From: Candidatus Multivoradales bacterium
GTDB taxonomy: Bacteria; Acidobacteriota; Thermoanaerobaculia; Multivoradales; J023
Direction of reading: 5' to 3'
Assembly: GCA_965248925.1 (NCBI GenBank)
Contig: CBDFLE010000006.1
Coordinates: 3,488,001 to 3,552,000, forward strand
Length of the DNA: 64,000 nucleotides
Part shown: positions 37,465-47,468 of the stretch, one piece after another
Layout: every line of letters starts with the position of its first letter
How positions within the stretch are numbered: the stretch's first letter is position 1
Translations under genes and position numbers: made by a program
Notes under the pieces: generated by a model
Told to the model about the DNA's origin: nothing
Databases searched by the model: none
What the model saw: only the letters and a program-made list of their open reading frames with translations

Positions 37465-39813
37465 TCAGCGGTGGTCGGAATCCTCGAATAGGTCAAGCTG
37501 CGAGGCGTCGCCGATAGCCCGGTCGAAGTCTATTCCCAGCACCGCCAGCACTGGCTCGGCAATGGGCCGCAGCTGTTTCTGCACGTAGTGTTCGTGATCG
37601 ATCGTCGCCCGCCGTTCGGTCGCCGGTTCGGGGCCGGCATGGGTCATCACATAGGCCACTCGCCGACCGGGCGGGGTGGTCATCTTGCGGGCGGCGGCGA
37701 CGTGGGGCGGGGTGGTGGCGGTGTAGGCGGCCAAGGGCTTACGCAGCTTCCTGCGATAGATCAGCAGCGGGTCGTGTTCGCCGGCGCGCAGCTCGGCCAC
37801 TGTCCGGCATAAAAACTCCTCCACCGGCCGATCGTGGAAGAGGCGTTGGTAGAGTTCGCGCTGGCTGCGGCGGGCGAGTTCGGTCCAATCGCTGCGCACC
37901 GCTTCCATGCCGACCAACTCGACGATTGGCGGTTTTTCGTCGCCGTGATCGACCAAGCCGGCGTAGCGTTTGCGGGCGCCACCGCCACCATGCCGAGTGG
38001 GCATTAGAAGCAGCCGTCGGTAGAGCTTTTCGTACTCTAATTCGAAGCGGCTCTCTACCCTCCAGCGCTGCTCAAGGTAGGCGGCTAGATCGCTGTTCAA
38101 TCGCGCGGTCAGATCGGTGCCTAACTGTCGCGCAATATCGCGGTCTGTCGTTTGCGCAAGTACGAAGAGGCTGTCGGTATCGCCGTAGAGAACCGCTTGG
38201 CCGTAATCTTCGAAGCGTTTTTTCGACCACTTCAGCAGTTCACGGCCGAAGGCGGTTACCGCCCCGGCCAGCTGCGGGCGGTAGAAGCGGCAGGCGCTGG
38301 TGCCGAGGACGCCATAGAAGGAGTTCATCAACGTCTTGATCGCCTGGCTGGCGATGCTGTCGCCAGCGGATTGGGCTGCCGCTCGACGATCGAAGAGCTC
38401 GTCGAGCAACTCGCTCAAGATACCGCGCTGGCGGCGGAAAGCGGCAGCGTTGGGTGCCAGGATGGGGTCGTCGTCCGCCTGGGGATGTGGCAGATATCCT
38501 GCCGGGTCGATTTGGAAGGTGCGGATCACGCTCGGGTAGAGGCTCTTGAAGTCAAACACCAGTACATTGTGATAGAGCCCTGGCTCGGGCTCTAATACGT
38601 GGCCGCCGAGATTGACCTCATCCTCGCCGCGACCGCGTTGGCGGACACTCGGTGCGGCCACCCCCCGGCGGTGTAGCTGGTGGGTGTAGAGGAAGTCCAG
38701 AGCCGCGATCGAGCCCGCCACTCGGTCGATGGGCAGACCGGTCAAGAGCGACCGCTCGACCGCCAAATTCACCAAGCGCAAGCGCTGCAGAATGTCGATC
38801 ACTAGCCGGGCGTCGACCAAGTTGTATTGCACCAGCTTCGGCCGATCGTGGTGGAAGGCGTCGAGGATGTCTTCAGCCCGGCCTTGGCCGTGCATCGTCT
38901 TGCCCTCGCCGAGCACCTGCTGGGCCACCGCGTTGAGCCCCCAGCTTTCCATGCGCAAAAAGGCGCCGCGCAGCAGCTGGATACCGTCGAGCACCTGACG
39001 GCCGGGGATGGTGGCCTCGAGCCTGCCCCAGGCGCCGCGGGTCTCGCGCAGGACGAGGCTGCCCGGCCCGCGGCCGAGTTCCAGCCGTCGACGGTGGCGC
39101 CGTGCCAGACGGTCGAGCACCGCGAGGTCGAAGTCGACCACATTCCAGCCGGTCAGCACATCGGGATCGAGCTGCCGCACGCGGTCGACGAAAGCGTCGA
39201 GGAGGGTGGCTTCATCAGGGAATCCGGTCGCCTCAGGCGGCGTGCTCCAGCCGGGCGGCGACAGCAGCAAGACTTCCGCGGCACCACAGCCCCAGAGGCC
39301 GATCGACAGCAGCCGTTCCATCTTGGGGTCGGTTTCGATGTCGAAACTCAGCAAGCGCAACTCGGGCGCCCAGCGAGCTGGTTTGAGAGTGGGGTTGTCG
39401 AACACCCGGCCGACCCCCGGCTGCTCGAGCGAGGGACCTTCAATGTCGATCGCGCCGCGCAGTCCGCGGCGGATCAAGTACATCCGGGCGTAGCCGATAT
39501 CGGCCTCGTGGGTAGCGATGCCGCCCTCTTCGAGCCGCTTGCCGAGGCGCCGGGCGTCGGCCGGCTGGGGGACCGCGATCCAGGCCAGGCGCCGTCCGCC
39601 GAGACTGCGATATTCGGTGTCCCGGGGTGCCTTGGGCAGGCCCAGGCGCATTGCTAGCTGGCGGTGTTTGGCATCGATGAAAAAGCCCGCCGGCTCGCGG
39701 TCGTCGCGGACCAGAAAGGTGCCACCCGATTCGAGGCGACCGAAGAGCTGGACCACCGGCCGGCCGCCTTCGGTGCGGTAAGTGGGTTGGAGGATGAAGC
39801 CGCGTTCGCTCAT
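37465..39813 (-). CDS. polB: DNA polymerase II (family B)
   Basis: SFDIET exonuclease motif; DFKSLYPS, K..MNSFYG and YGDTDS polymerase motifs. Confidence 0.95.
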   Translation of the reverse strand: MSERGFILQPTYRTEGGRPVVQLFGRLESGGTFLVRDDREPAGFFIDAKHRQLAMRLGLPKAPRDTEYRSLGGRRLAWIAVPQPADARRLGKRLEEGGIATHEADIGYARMYLIRRGLRGAIDIEGPSLEQPGVGRVFDNPTLKPARWAPELRLLSFDIETDPKMERLLSIGLWGCGAAEVLLLSPPGWSTPPEATGFPDEATLLDAFVDRVRQLDPDVLTGWNVVDFDLAVLDRLARRHRRRLELGRGPGSLVLRETRGAWGRLEATIPGRQVLDGIQLLRGAFLRMESWGLNAVAQQVLGEGKTMHGQGRAEDILDAFHHDRPKLVQYNLVDARLVIDILQRLRLVNLAVERSLLTGLPIDRVAGSIAALDFLYTHQLHRRGVAAPSVRQRGRGEDEVNLGGHVLEPEPGLYHNVLVFDFKSLYPSVIRTFQIDPAGYLPHPQADDDPILAPNAAAFRRQRGILSELLDELFDRRAAAQSAGDSIASQAIKTLMNSFYGVLGTSACRFYRPQLAGAVTAFGRELLKWSKKRFEDYGQAVLYGDTDSLFVLAQTTDRDIARQLGTDLTARLNSDLAAYLEQRWRVESRFELEYEKLYRRLLLMPTRHGGGGARKRYAGLVDHGDEKPPIVELVGMEAVRSDWTELARRSQRELYQRLFHDRPVEEFLCRTVAELRAGEHDPLLIYRRKLRKPLAAYTATTPPHVAAARKMTTPPGRRVAYVMTHAGPEPATERRATIDHEHYVQKQLRPIAEPVLAVLGIDFDRAIGDASQLDLFEDSDHR

Positions 39814-39942
39814 GAGTTGATGGTTCTGCGGCCTGCCAAAGGGAGGTGCGCTGGCCTGGCCGCTGGTCGATTGTAAACGGCCTTCTTGGCTGTGTGCCCG
39901 CTAGTGCTCTGGTGGCGTGGTGTTCGCGGAGGTGGATGTGGG

Positions 39943-39981
39943 GGTCTACATCGCCGGTCTACATCGCCGGTCTACATCGCC
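39943..39981. repeat. Three tandem copies of the 13-mer GGTCTACATCGCC
   Basis: Exact copies at 39943, 39956 and 39969 in the divergent polB/DUF819 intergenic region. Confidence 0.85.
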
Positions 39982-40115
39982 CCGCCCACACCGCAGCGCG
40001 GCTTGCGCTCCTCCGAGCACCGTGATGGACTCGCGGCGAGCCGCAAACCAGCATCCCACCGCGCCGCGCCATGGTGCCGCGCGCCGGTGGGTGTGAAACC
40101 CCAGGGGAGACACTG

Positions 40116-41375
40116 ATGACCGACAGCCCGCTGATTACCAACGATGCCATTGTTCTCGGATTGCTGATGGTCGTGTTGGGTTGTGTGTTCTGGACCTCGT
40201 CGAGCAGCAAGCCGGGGTGGAAGAAATTCTATTCGGTCGTCCCTTCTCTCTTGCTGTGCTACTTCGTGCCGTCGATCTTCAGCGCCATGGGCTTGATCGA
40301 TGGCGAGCAGTCCAATCTCTACCATGTCGCCAGTCGCTATCTGCTGCCGGCAAGCTTGGTGCTGCTCACTCTGTCGATGGACTTCAAGGCCATTTTGGGG
40401 CTGGGGCCGAAAGCGGTGATCATGTTCCTCACCGGCACGTTCGGCATCATTGTTGGCGGGCCGTTGGCGATTCTCTTGTTCTCGATTGTCAGCCCTGAGG
40501 TGGTTGGCGGCCAGGGGCCCGACGCGGTGTGGCGGGGTATGACCACGGTGGCTGGCAGTTGGATCGGTGGAGGTGCCAACCAGGCGGCGATGAAGGAGAT
40601 CTTTGAGGTCGGCGACGATATGTTCTCGGCCATGGTGGCGGTGGATGTGATCGTCGCCAATGTCTGGATGGCGGTGCTGCTCTTCTGCGCCGGGCGTGCC
40701 GAGCAGATCGATGCCCGCACTGGTGCCGATGCGAGCGGCATCGCCAAGTTGCGAGACAAGGTTGAGGCCTATCAGGCGTCGATCGCGCGAATTCCACGGC
40801 TGCCCGACACCATGCTGGTGCTGGCGGTGGCCTTCGGGGCGACCGCATTGGCTCATCTTGGCGCCGACACCATCGCTCCCTTCTTGGGCGAGCAATTTGG
40901 CGATACCTTGGAGCGTCTTCGGCTGACCAGCTTGCAAAGTAAGTTTTTCTGGCTGGTGGTGCTGGCGACCACTCTTGGCGTGGTGATGTCCTTCACCAAG
41001 GCCCGGCGGCTCGAAGGGGTCGGCGCCTCGCGCATCGGTTCGGTGTTCATCTACGTCTTGGTGGCGACCATCGGCATGAAGATGAACATCTTGGCGGTGC
41101 GGGATAGCCCCAAGCTGTTCTTGGTCGGACTGGTGTGGATGGCGATCCACGCGACGCTGATGATCGTCGTCGCCAAGCTGATCAAGGCGCCGGTGTTTTT
41201 TCTGGCGGTGGGCAGTCAAGCGAATGTTGGTGGCGCTGCTTCGGCACCGATCGTCGCGGCAGCCTTTCACCCAGCGCTGGCGCCGGTCGGGGTGCTGCTG
41301 GCGGTGGTGGGCTATGTCCTCGGCACCTACGGAGCGTGGCTGTGTGGCATTCTGATGCAAGGTGTTGCCCCTTGA
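40116..41375 (+). CDS. DUF819-like membrane protein
   Basis: GSWIGGGANQAAM and SQANVGGAASAP motifs; many transmembrane segments; GGAG RBS. Confidence 0.85.
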   Translation: MTDSPLITNDAIVLGLLMVVLGCVFWTSSSSKPGWKKFYSVVPSLLLCYFVPSIFSAMGLIDGEQSNLYHVASRYLLPASLVLLTLSMDFKAILGLGPKAVIMFLTGTFGIIVGGPLAILLFSIVSPEVVGGQGPDAVWRGMTTVAGSWIGGGANQAAMKEIFEVGDDMFSAMVAVDVIVANVWMAVLLFCAGRAEQIDARTGADASGIAKLRDKVEAYQASIARIPRLPDTMLVLAVAFGATALAHLGADTIAPFLGEQFGDTLERLRLTSLQSKFFWLVVLATTLGVVMSFTKARRLEGVGASRIGSVFIYVLVATIGMKMNILAVRDSPKLFLVGLVWMAIHATLMIVVAKLIKAPVFFLAVGSQANVGGAASAPIVAAAFHPALAPVGVLLAVVGYVLGTYGAWLCGILMQGVAP

Positions 41376-41495
41376 GCTGAAGCGGCTGGCGGGGCTTGTT
41401 GACGATCGGTTACTAGCGACGAAATTCCGGCCAGTGGTGGTGTGGGTAGGGTAGACGGTGGAGCCGCCGGTACCGCTTTTCGCTATGCTGAGCCG

Positions 41496-42200
41496 ATGCA
41501 GAACTCCCCACCACGGCACAACTCCTTCAAGCTCTTGCTCGGGCTAGCGATTGCCGGCGTTGGCGTCGCCGCGACGATCGACAAGTTTGACTTGTTCGAT
41601 CGCTGGAGGTTGGCCGAGCCCCTGTTCCAATTCTGGCCGTTGCTCTTCGTGCTAGTCGGCTTGGTAAAGTTGGTGGCGATTCCCGGTGAACGCTTCTCGG
41701 GCTTGGTTTTCACCCTGCTAGGTGGCTTCTTGTTGCTGAATTCGCTGACCGACCGAGTCAGCATTTCCGACCTGTGGCGGTTCTGGCCGGCGCTTTTGAT
41801 CTTGCTCGGCATCCGCTACGTCGTGCGCTCTTTTGGTGATCCTGAGTCGCGCTGGTTGGAGATCGAAGGCCCCCAGGCTCGCCAGCTCGGCCTGCTGACG
41901 GTGAGTCGTCGGCGGGCGACTTCACAGGTGTTTTCCGGCGGTGATTTGGTGGCTTTTATGGGTGGCTGTGAACTCGATTTGCGCGACGCTCGACCGGCCA
42001 CCAACGGCGCGGTGCTCGATGTCGTGGCGGTGTGGGGTGGCATCGAGGTGGTGGTGCCCAAAGGCTGGCAGGTCGATCTGCAAGTTGTGCCGGTGATGGG
42101 CGGGGCGGAAGACGAGACCAAAGTCTCGGCGGAGGATGTGGGTCACCGCTTGAAGATTCGCGGACTTGTCCTGATGGGGGGAGTTGAGGTTCACAACTAG
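41496..42200 (+). CDS. LiaF-like membrane protein (cell-envelope stress response)
   Basis: Two FWP.LL transmembrane repeats; C-terminal AFMGGCELDLR...GGIEVVVP..W.V. Confidence 0.75.
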   Translation: MQNSPPRHNSFKLLLGLAIAGVGVAATIDKFDLFDRWRLAEPLFQFWPLLFVLVGLVKLVAIPGERFSGLVFTLLGGFLLLNSLTDRVSISDLWRFWPALLILLGIRYVVRSFGDPESRWLEIEGPQARQLGLLTVSRRRATSQVFSGGDLVAFMGGCELDLRDARPATNGAVLDVVAVWGGIEVVVPKGWQVDLQVVPVMGGAEDETKVSAEDVGHRLKIRGLVLMGGVEVHN

Positions 42201-43405
42201 TGCATCCGGTTTTTGCCGCCCGTCGTCGCCTGGTGCTCTACCTCGCGAGTTGGTTACCCGCAGCGCTGCTGCTGGCGGTGTTGCTGGTGCAGGCTGGGGT
42301 TGGCTGGTCGGAAGCTCTGGTGCTGGCCTTCCCACTGGCCTTGGTCTATGCCTTCATCTGCTTGGCGGCCTGGTATCCGAGCCGGGCGGTGCCGCTGCGC
42401 CACGCTCTGCTCTGGCGGGTGGTCTCGGCACAGGCGCTGGCGGCCTTGCTCTCGAGTTCGATCTGGCAACTGGCCGGAGCCGGTTGGTCGCTACTTCTCG
42501 ATCGCAACAACATCTTCGCTGGCGCCTACTCCCGCTATACCGAGCGCCTGGCGCTGTTCTTCGTCTTTGGCCTACTGCTCTATCTGCTGGCAGCGGCGGC
42601 GAGCTATCTGGGAATTGCCTTTGAGAACTCTCGCGAGATTGAGAAAAAAGCGCTCGAAGCGCAACAGCGGGAAGCAATGGCGGCCCGTGAGTTGCAGCTT
42701 GGCCGGTCTTTACAGCGGCGCTTGCTGCCCCCTGAGAGCCGGCAGGGTCGCGATTTCGACTTGGCGGCTCGCAACCTGCCGGCACAGGGCGTCGCTGGTG
42801 ATTTCTATGACTACTTCACCCTCCCTGACGGTCGTCTGGCATTGGCGGTAGCCGACGTTTCAGGCAAGGGGATCGCCGCCAGTCTGGTGATGGCCAGCGT
42901 CAAGGCGGTGCTGCCGCTGCTCGCCGCTGAGCGTTCGGTGGTCGAAACCCTGGCCGAACTCAACCGACGCTTGGTGAAGGAACTCGAAGCTCGGGAGTTC
43001 GTTGCTCTGGCGCTGGCGTTCTTGGATCCTCGGGATGGCCGCTTAGAACTCGCCAATGCTGGCCTGCCGGATCCCTACTTGCTGCGCCTCGGCCTGCCGC
43101 CGACCCCTCTCGAGGTGCCGCAGCCGCGCTTGCCGCTCGGACTGCGAAAGGAAATCAACTACCGATCGCTGCAGGCTCGGCTAGGTGCCGGCGAACGGCT
43201 GCTGATGTTCACCGATGGATTGCCCGAAGCGCCGATCGAGGAGGGGGAGCCGTTGGGCTACGAGGCTTTGGCGGAGCTGGTGGCGAAGTCAGGGGGAACG
43301 CCGGATGTCTGGCTAGATGCTCTCTTGCGACGGGTCGAAGAGGCCACCTTGCCGCGTCGCGACGACGATTGGACGGCCTTGGTGGTGGAGCCGCGCTGTT
43401 CTTGA
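42200..43405 (+). CDS. Membrane PP2C/SpoIIE-type (RsbU-like) phosphatase
   Basis: VAGDFYD, ADVSGKG, NAG, FTDGL.EA and DD.T motifs after an N-terminal transmembrane region. Confidence 0.88.
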   Translation: MHPVFAARRRLVLYLASWLPAALLLAVLLVQAGVGWSEALVLAFPLALVYAFICLAAWYPSRAVPLRHALLWRVVSAQALAALLSSSIWQLAGAGWSLLLDRNNIFAGAYSRYTERLALFFVFGLLLYLLAAAASYLGIAFENSREIEKKALEAQQREAMAARELQLGRSLQRRLLPPESRQGRDFDLAARNLPAQGVAGDFYDYFTLPDGRLALAVADVSGKGIAASLVMASVKAVLPLLAAERSVVETLAELNRRLVKELEAREFVALALAFLDPRDGRLELANAGLPDPYLLRLGLPPTPLEVPQPRLPLGLRKEINYRSLQARLGAGERLLMFTDGLPEAPIEEGEPLGYEALAELVAKSGGTPDVWLDALLRRVEEATLPRRDDDWTALVVEPRCS

Positions 43406-43473
43406 GATGCACTGTTTCGCGATGTCTGACTCACGATGTCTGTATCGAGACGACCGACCCCTGGGCGGTCAAG

Positions 43474-43504
43474 AAAAAACGCCGCCTGGCTGGGACAGGC
43501 GGCG
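43474..43504 (-). terminator. Intrinsic terminator of the spondin gene
   Basis: AAAAAA-CGCCGCCTG-loop-CAGGCGGCG, i.e. a stem followed by U6 on the minus strand. Confidence 0.7.
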
Positions 43505-43568
43505 GATTTCGTTGGCACTTGATCAGAAAGTGCTACGAGTCAGATCATCTGAAGGAGTTCTTGCCGCG

Positions 43569-44228
43569 TCAGGGAATCTGGCGCAGGACGGTGATCTCGG
43601 CTACTGAATCGCGCCAGTCGTAGCTCGCAGTCTCCAGATCGCCGATGCCATGAATTCCACGGTGGATGTGGACAAAGCCTTCAGCGCCGTCGGTGTCGCG
43701 GACGAAGGGGTTGCCACACGGCGGCCCAGGGATGGTGGTGCAAGTCTCACTGTTGGCCTCGGTGCCGGAATCGTAGGCCGCCGCCTTGATCGAGGTGACC
43801 CGGTTGGCGCCTGTCACCCGGTAGTTGGACAGGCCGAAGAAGGCGTCGTTTGTGGTCACCAACATGCCGACGGCGCTGAGCCGGCTGTAGCGGCCGCCGG
43901 TGCGAACCTCAAGGGTTACCGACTGGCCTGGTAGGAGCGGGCCAGCGGCAACGGCGACATCGAGCACTTGGTCGTCGGCTTCGAGGGTTGCCACCAAAAG
44001 GCCGAAGTCGGCATCCTCGGCGAGCGCGGCGAGGCCGGGACTCGCCGGCTGGCCGGCACCGAAGAGCCGCACCTGATTGCTGTGACTTACGACCACCGGC
44101 GGGCCGATGATCTGGTTGTAAGTGGTGTTGGTGATGGTTACCTGGGTGGTGGTCTGAGCCCAAGCCAGCGGCGCGGCGAACAGCGTGAGTAGCATTAGGA
44201 TGGCACAAGCAGGGATCTGACGACGCAT
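43569..44228 (-). CDS. Secreted spondin_N domain protein
   Basis: Signal peptide (AWA-Q); ALAEDA, MLVTTNDAFFGL, YDSGTEANSE and HIHRGI motifs. Confidence 0.82.
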   Translation of the reverse strand: MRRQIPACAILMLLTLFAAPLAWAQTTTQVTITNTTYNQIIGPPVVVSHSNQVRLFGAGQPASPGLAALAEDADFGLLVATLEADDQVLDVAVAAGPLLPGQSVTLEVRTGGRYSRLSAVGMLVTTNDAFFGLSNYRVTGANRVTSIKAAAYDSGTEANSETCTTIPGPPCGNPFVRDTDGAEGFVHIHRGIHGIGDLETASYDWRDSVAEITVLRQIP

Positions 44229-44343
44229 GATTCTGACCTCTCTCAGTTGCTTCAAGCCACCTCATGAGTAACGGCGGCGGAGTCTCAATTTCAGCGGTCA
44301 CCGGCGGAGCCGCCGATAACTTGAAGAGCTTTCCAGCGGGCGC

Positions 44344-44401
44344 TCACACCGCCGTCACGCATTCCTCACATTTCGTTCCGCAGTTCTCACGAAAGAGTCA
44401 C
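44344..44401 (-). promoter_or_regulatory. Phased TCAC direct repeats, candidate OmpR-family binding array
   Basis: TCAC at 44344, 44355, 44366, 44387 and 44398 (about 11-bp period). Confidence 0.55.
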
Positions 44402-44478
44402 GGAAAGTGAGCGTTGGCTGGGGGGCGGAGTTGTTCTTGTGAAAAGATGCAGGAGGAGTTCTGCTAGATGGTGAAGCA

Positions 44479-46185
44479 ATGAGTATCGACCCGGAAACCA
44501 ACCCAAGATTGTTGCTCATGCCGGAGAAGGAAGTCGAGGCGCTGCGGGTTTTTGCCCACGTCAACGCTGAAAAAGCGACCCTCTACCGGGCGGTGATGGT
44601 CGCCTTTGCGCTGGCCAAGAAGCGTTTTGCGCTGCACTTACGGCCGGCGGATGTGGTGGCGATTCTCGGCGACGGAGCGCCGCCGGTCGAACTCGCTGAG
44701 GTTGAAACCGCTCTCGATCAACTCCGTAAGTGGGGAAATCTTGAGGCTCATCCGGATACCGCGGATGTCGCCACCGTGGACGACTTCTACCGCCCCCGCT
44801 TTCTTTTTCAGCTGACTCCCGCGGGTGAGGCGGCGGAGCGTGCCCTGGAAGTTTTCAGTGAGGAGCTGGCCAAGCCCGGGGAACTCAAGGCTGCGGCCCT
44901 GGCCGATATCGGAGCCCTGCTCGCAGAGCTTGAGGAGCTGGCCAGCGCCGAGCCTCTCGATGAGGGCAAAGCACACCGCACTCTTGAGGCATTGCGCGCC
45001 CGCTTTGATGAACTCACCGCCAGAGCACAGACCTTCATCGCCGGCTTGCAGCGAACCATCGATCTGCACGGTATTTCAGTGGCCGATTTCCTCGCCTACA
45101 AGGAGCTGTTGATCGACTATTTGGAGCGCTTCATCGGTGACCTGATCCTGGCGACCCACGGCATCGCTCTATCGCTCGGGCGTCTCGAAGAAGCCGGCGT
45201 CGAAGAGTTGCTGGCTAAGGTAGCGCGGCGCGAGTTGGCCGATGCGATGAACGCGACCGAGGACGATCAGCGGCGGTCGAGGATGGTCTGGCAAGAGCGA
45301 TGGGCCGGCCTGCGTGGGTGGTTTATTGGACGGCCAGCCGCCCCGTCGCAGGCAGAGATTCTGCGAGCTCGCGCCCGCGCCGCGATCCCGGCGTTGCTCG
45401 GCGCGGTGGCGGCGATCCACGATCGGCGGGTGTCGCGCAGCGATCGGGTGGCCGACCTGCGCACCCTGGCTGGCTGGTTCGCCGAGGCCGACAATGAGAC
45501 CGACGCCCACCGCTTGTGGCGGGCCGCTTTCGCCCTCTCCCCAGCCCGCCACCTCAAAATTGACGCGGCCACTTTGGACGCCCGCGAGAACGAGCCGGTG
45601 CCGCCCCGCACCAGTTGGTTCGACGCCCCGCCGATCGAGATCCTGCCCAGGCTGCGCAAGACCGGTCGTTATGTTCGCCGGGGGCAATCCGGCAAGGTGA
45701 TCGATCGCACCAAGGAGAAGGCCCTTCTGGCGCTGGCCGCCGAGGCCGAAGCGCGGCAGATCGCCGCCGCCCGCCGCCGACTGGCAACCGGCCGACGGCT
45801 GCGTCTGGGTGAGCTGGGAGACCTCGATCCGGCCGAATTCGGGCTCTTTCTCGATGTCCTAGGAGCCGCCCTGGCGCAACGCAGTCAGCCCGGGGAGACG
45901 GTAACGGCAAGCTCCAGCGATGGCTCGGTCGAGATCCTGCTGGAGCCGACAGGCGATGGTCGGGAGGCGAGGTTGGAGACAAGTTTTGGCCGCTTCTCGG
46001 GGGAAGATCATTTCGTCACCCTGACCGATCTGCTGCAAGACGTGGTCGAGGACAAGGTCGCTGGGCAGGCGGCGAGCGAGCTGCCGGCGGATCGGCAAGC
46101 CACGGCCAGAATGGCGGCGGCGGTCGCTAGCGCCTCTGGCGCCTCAGATCAGCTACCAACTCGGGACGCAGGAGATGCACAGTGA
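44479..46185 (+). CDS. jetA: Wadjet type II JetA (DUF2397/TIGR02677-like)
   Basis: LDQLRKWGNL..HPDT...TVDDF....FQLT..GE and FLAYKE.LIDYL motifs; first gene of a four-gene overlapping operon. Confidence 0.85.
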   Translation: MSIDPETNPRLLLMPEKEVEALRVFAHVNAEKATLYRAVMVAFALAKKRFALHLRPADVVAILGDGAPPVELAEVETALDQLRKWGNLEAHPDTADVATVDDFYRPRFLFQLTPAGEAAERALEVFSEELAKPGELKAAALADIGALLAELEELASAEPLDEGKAHRTLEALRARFDELTARAQTFIAGLQRTIDLHGISVADFLAYKELLIDYLERFIGDLILATHGIALSLGRLEEAGVEELLAKVARRELADAMNATEDDQRRSRMVWQERWAGLRGWFIGRPAAPSQAEILRARARAAIPALLGAVAAIHDRRVSRSDRVADLRTLAGWFAEADNETDAHRLWRAAFALSPARHLKIDAATLDARENEPVPPRTSWFDAPPIEILPRLRKTGRYVRRGQSGKVIDRTKEKALLALAAEAEARQIAAARRRLATGRRLRLGELGDLDPAEFGLFLDVLGAALAQRSQPGETVTASSSDGSVEILLEPTGDGREARLETSFGRFSGEDHFVTLTDLLQDVVEDKVAGQAASELPADRQATARMAAAVASASGASDQLPTRDAGDAQ

Positions 46186-47468
46186 GTCCGTTGCAAGTCA
46201 CTACCGCGACCGAGCAGATTGGCGGCGTTGTCACCGAGCGCGTCGATGCGGCGACTCGTGGCGAGCGTCGGCGGGCGTTGCGGGCTCTCCTGATGGAGCC
46301 GTTGTTGACCGCCGGCGGAACTCGGGCCGCCGAGTTCGGCCTGGTGCGTCGCCATGCCATCTGGCTGCAGGAGTGGCTGTCGCGGCACCCCGGTTGGACC
46401 TTGACCGTCGACAGCGAAGTGGCACGCCTGCGCAAGACGCCAGCCGACCTCAGCGACGGCAGCCGGCCGGCACGCGACTCGAAGAGCAAGGCGCCGTTCT
46501 CGCGTCGTCGATACGTGCTGCTCTGTCTGGCGCTGGCGGCGTTGGAGCGCTCGGACCGGCAGACCACCCTGGAGCATCTGGCCAAAGCGATCCTGTCGTT
46601 CTTTGCCGAGGATCCGGAGTTGGCGCAGGCCGGCGTGACCTTCGACCTCGGGGGCCGAGATCAGCGCCGCGACCTAGTGCAAGCGGTGCGTTTGCTGCTC
46701 GATCTACGGGTGCTGATCAAGGTGCAAGGTGAGGAACAGCAATACCTTGACGCCAGCGGCGATGTGCTCTACAACATCTCTCGGCCGGTTCTCGCCGCGA
46801 TCCTCAACGTTCGTCGGGGTCCTTCGACCATCGCGGAGGAGGATTTTGATCTGCGTCTCGCGGCACTGACCGAAGAGCCGCTGTCGGACTCGGCAGAGGG
46901 TAGCAATCGCCGCCTACGTTCCCGCCTCACTCGCCGCTTACTGGACGACCCGCTGGTGTACTACGAGGATCTGAGCGAGGACGAGCTGACCTATCTCCAC
47001 AGCCAGCGGCCGTTCCTCATCCGCCGCATCCACCGTGCCACCGGTTTGCATGCGGAGGTGCGGGCTGAAGGCTTGGCGCTGGTCGATGAACGAGGTGACC
47101 TGAGTGATCTCGGCTTGCCCGAACAGGGCACCGACGGCCATCTCACCCTGCTCCTCGCCGAGTACCTCGCCGCTTCCAAGGGCACGGCAGCGGCGGTGGA
47201 AGTCAGCCGCACGGCCCTCGATCGCCACACCGCCCGGCTGATCACCAAGTATGGTCGGCACTGGCGTCGCGACGTTGCCGAGCCCGGCGCCGAGGTGGCG
47301 CTCACCGAGCGGGTGCTAGATCGGCTCGAGGCTCTGCGCCTGCTGCGGCGTATCCCCGACGGAGTGGTGCCGTTGGCCGCAATCGCCCGCTTCGCCCTGG
47401 TTGAGCCAGAGTCGCGCTTGCCGACGACCGCTCTCTTGCCTGGTTTTGAACCTCAGGAAGAGTCATGA
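46182..47468 (+). CDS. jetB: Wadjet type II JetB (DUF2398/TIGR02678-like)
   Basis: RRRYVLLCLALA, RRLLDDPLVYY.DL and EVRAEG motifs. Confidence 0.85.
   Translation: MSPLQVTTATEQIGGVVTERVDAATRGERRRALRALLMEPLLTAGGTRAAEFGLVRRHAIWLQEWLSRHPGWTLTVDSEVARLRKTPADLSDGSRPARDSKSKAPFSRRRYVLLCLALAALERSDRQTTLEHLAKAILSFFAEDPELAQAGVTFDLGGRDQRRDLVQAVRLLLDLRVLIKVQGEEQQYLDASGDVLYNISRPVLAAILNVRRGPSTIAEEDFDLRLAALTEEPLSDSAEGSNRRLRSRLTRRLLDDPLVYYEDLSEDELTYLHSQRPFLIRRIHRATGLHAEVRAEGLALVDERGDLSDLGLPEQGTDGHLTLLLAEYLAASKGTAAAVEVSRTALDRHTARLITKYGRHWRRDVAEPGAEVALTERVLDRLEALRLLRRIPDGVVPLAAIARFALVEPESRLPTTALLPGFEPQEES

Noticed and set aside
39943-39981. CRISPR array
   Set aside because: 13-bp repeats with no spacers, and no cas genes in the window
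39972-41519. 515 aa minus-strand ORF and similar long antisense ORFs
   Set aside because: Shadow frames of well-supported genes in high-GC DNA, with no motifs
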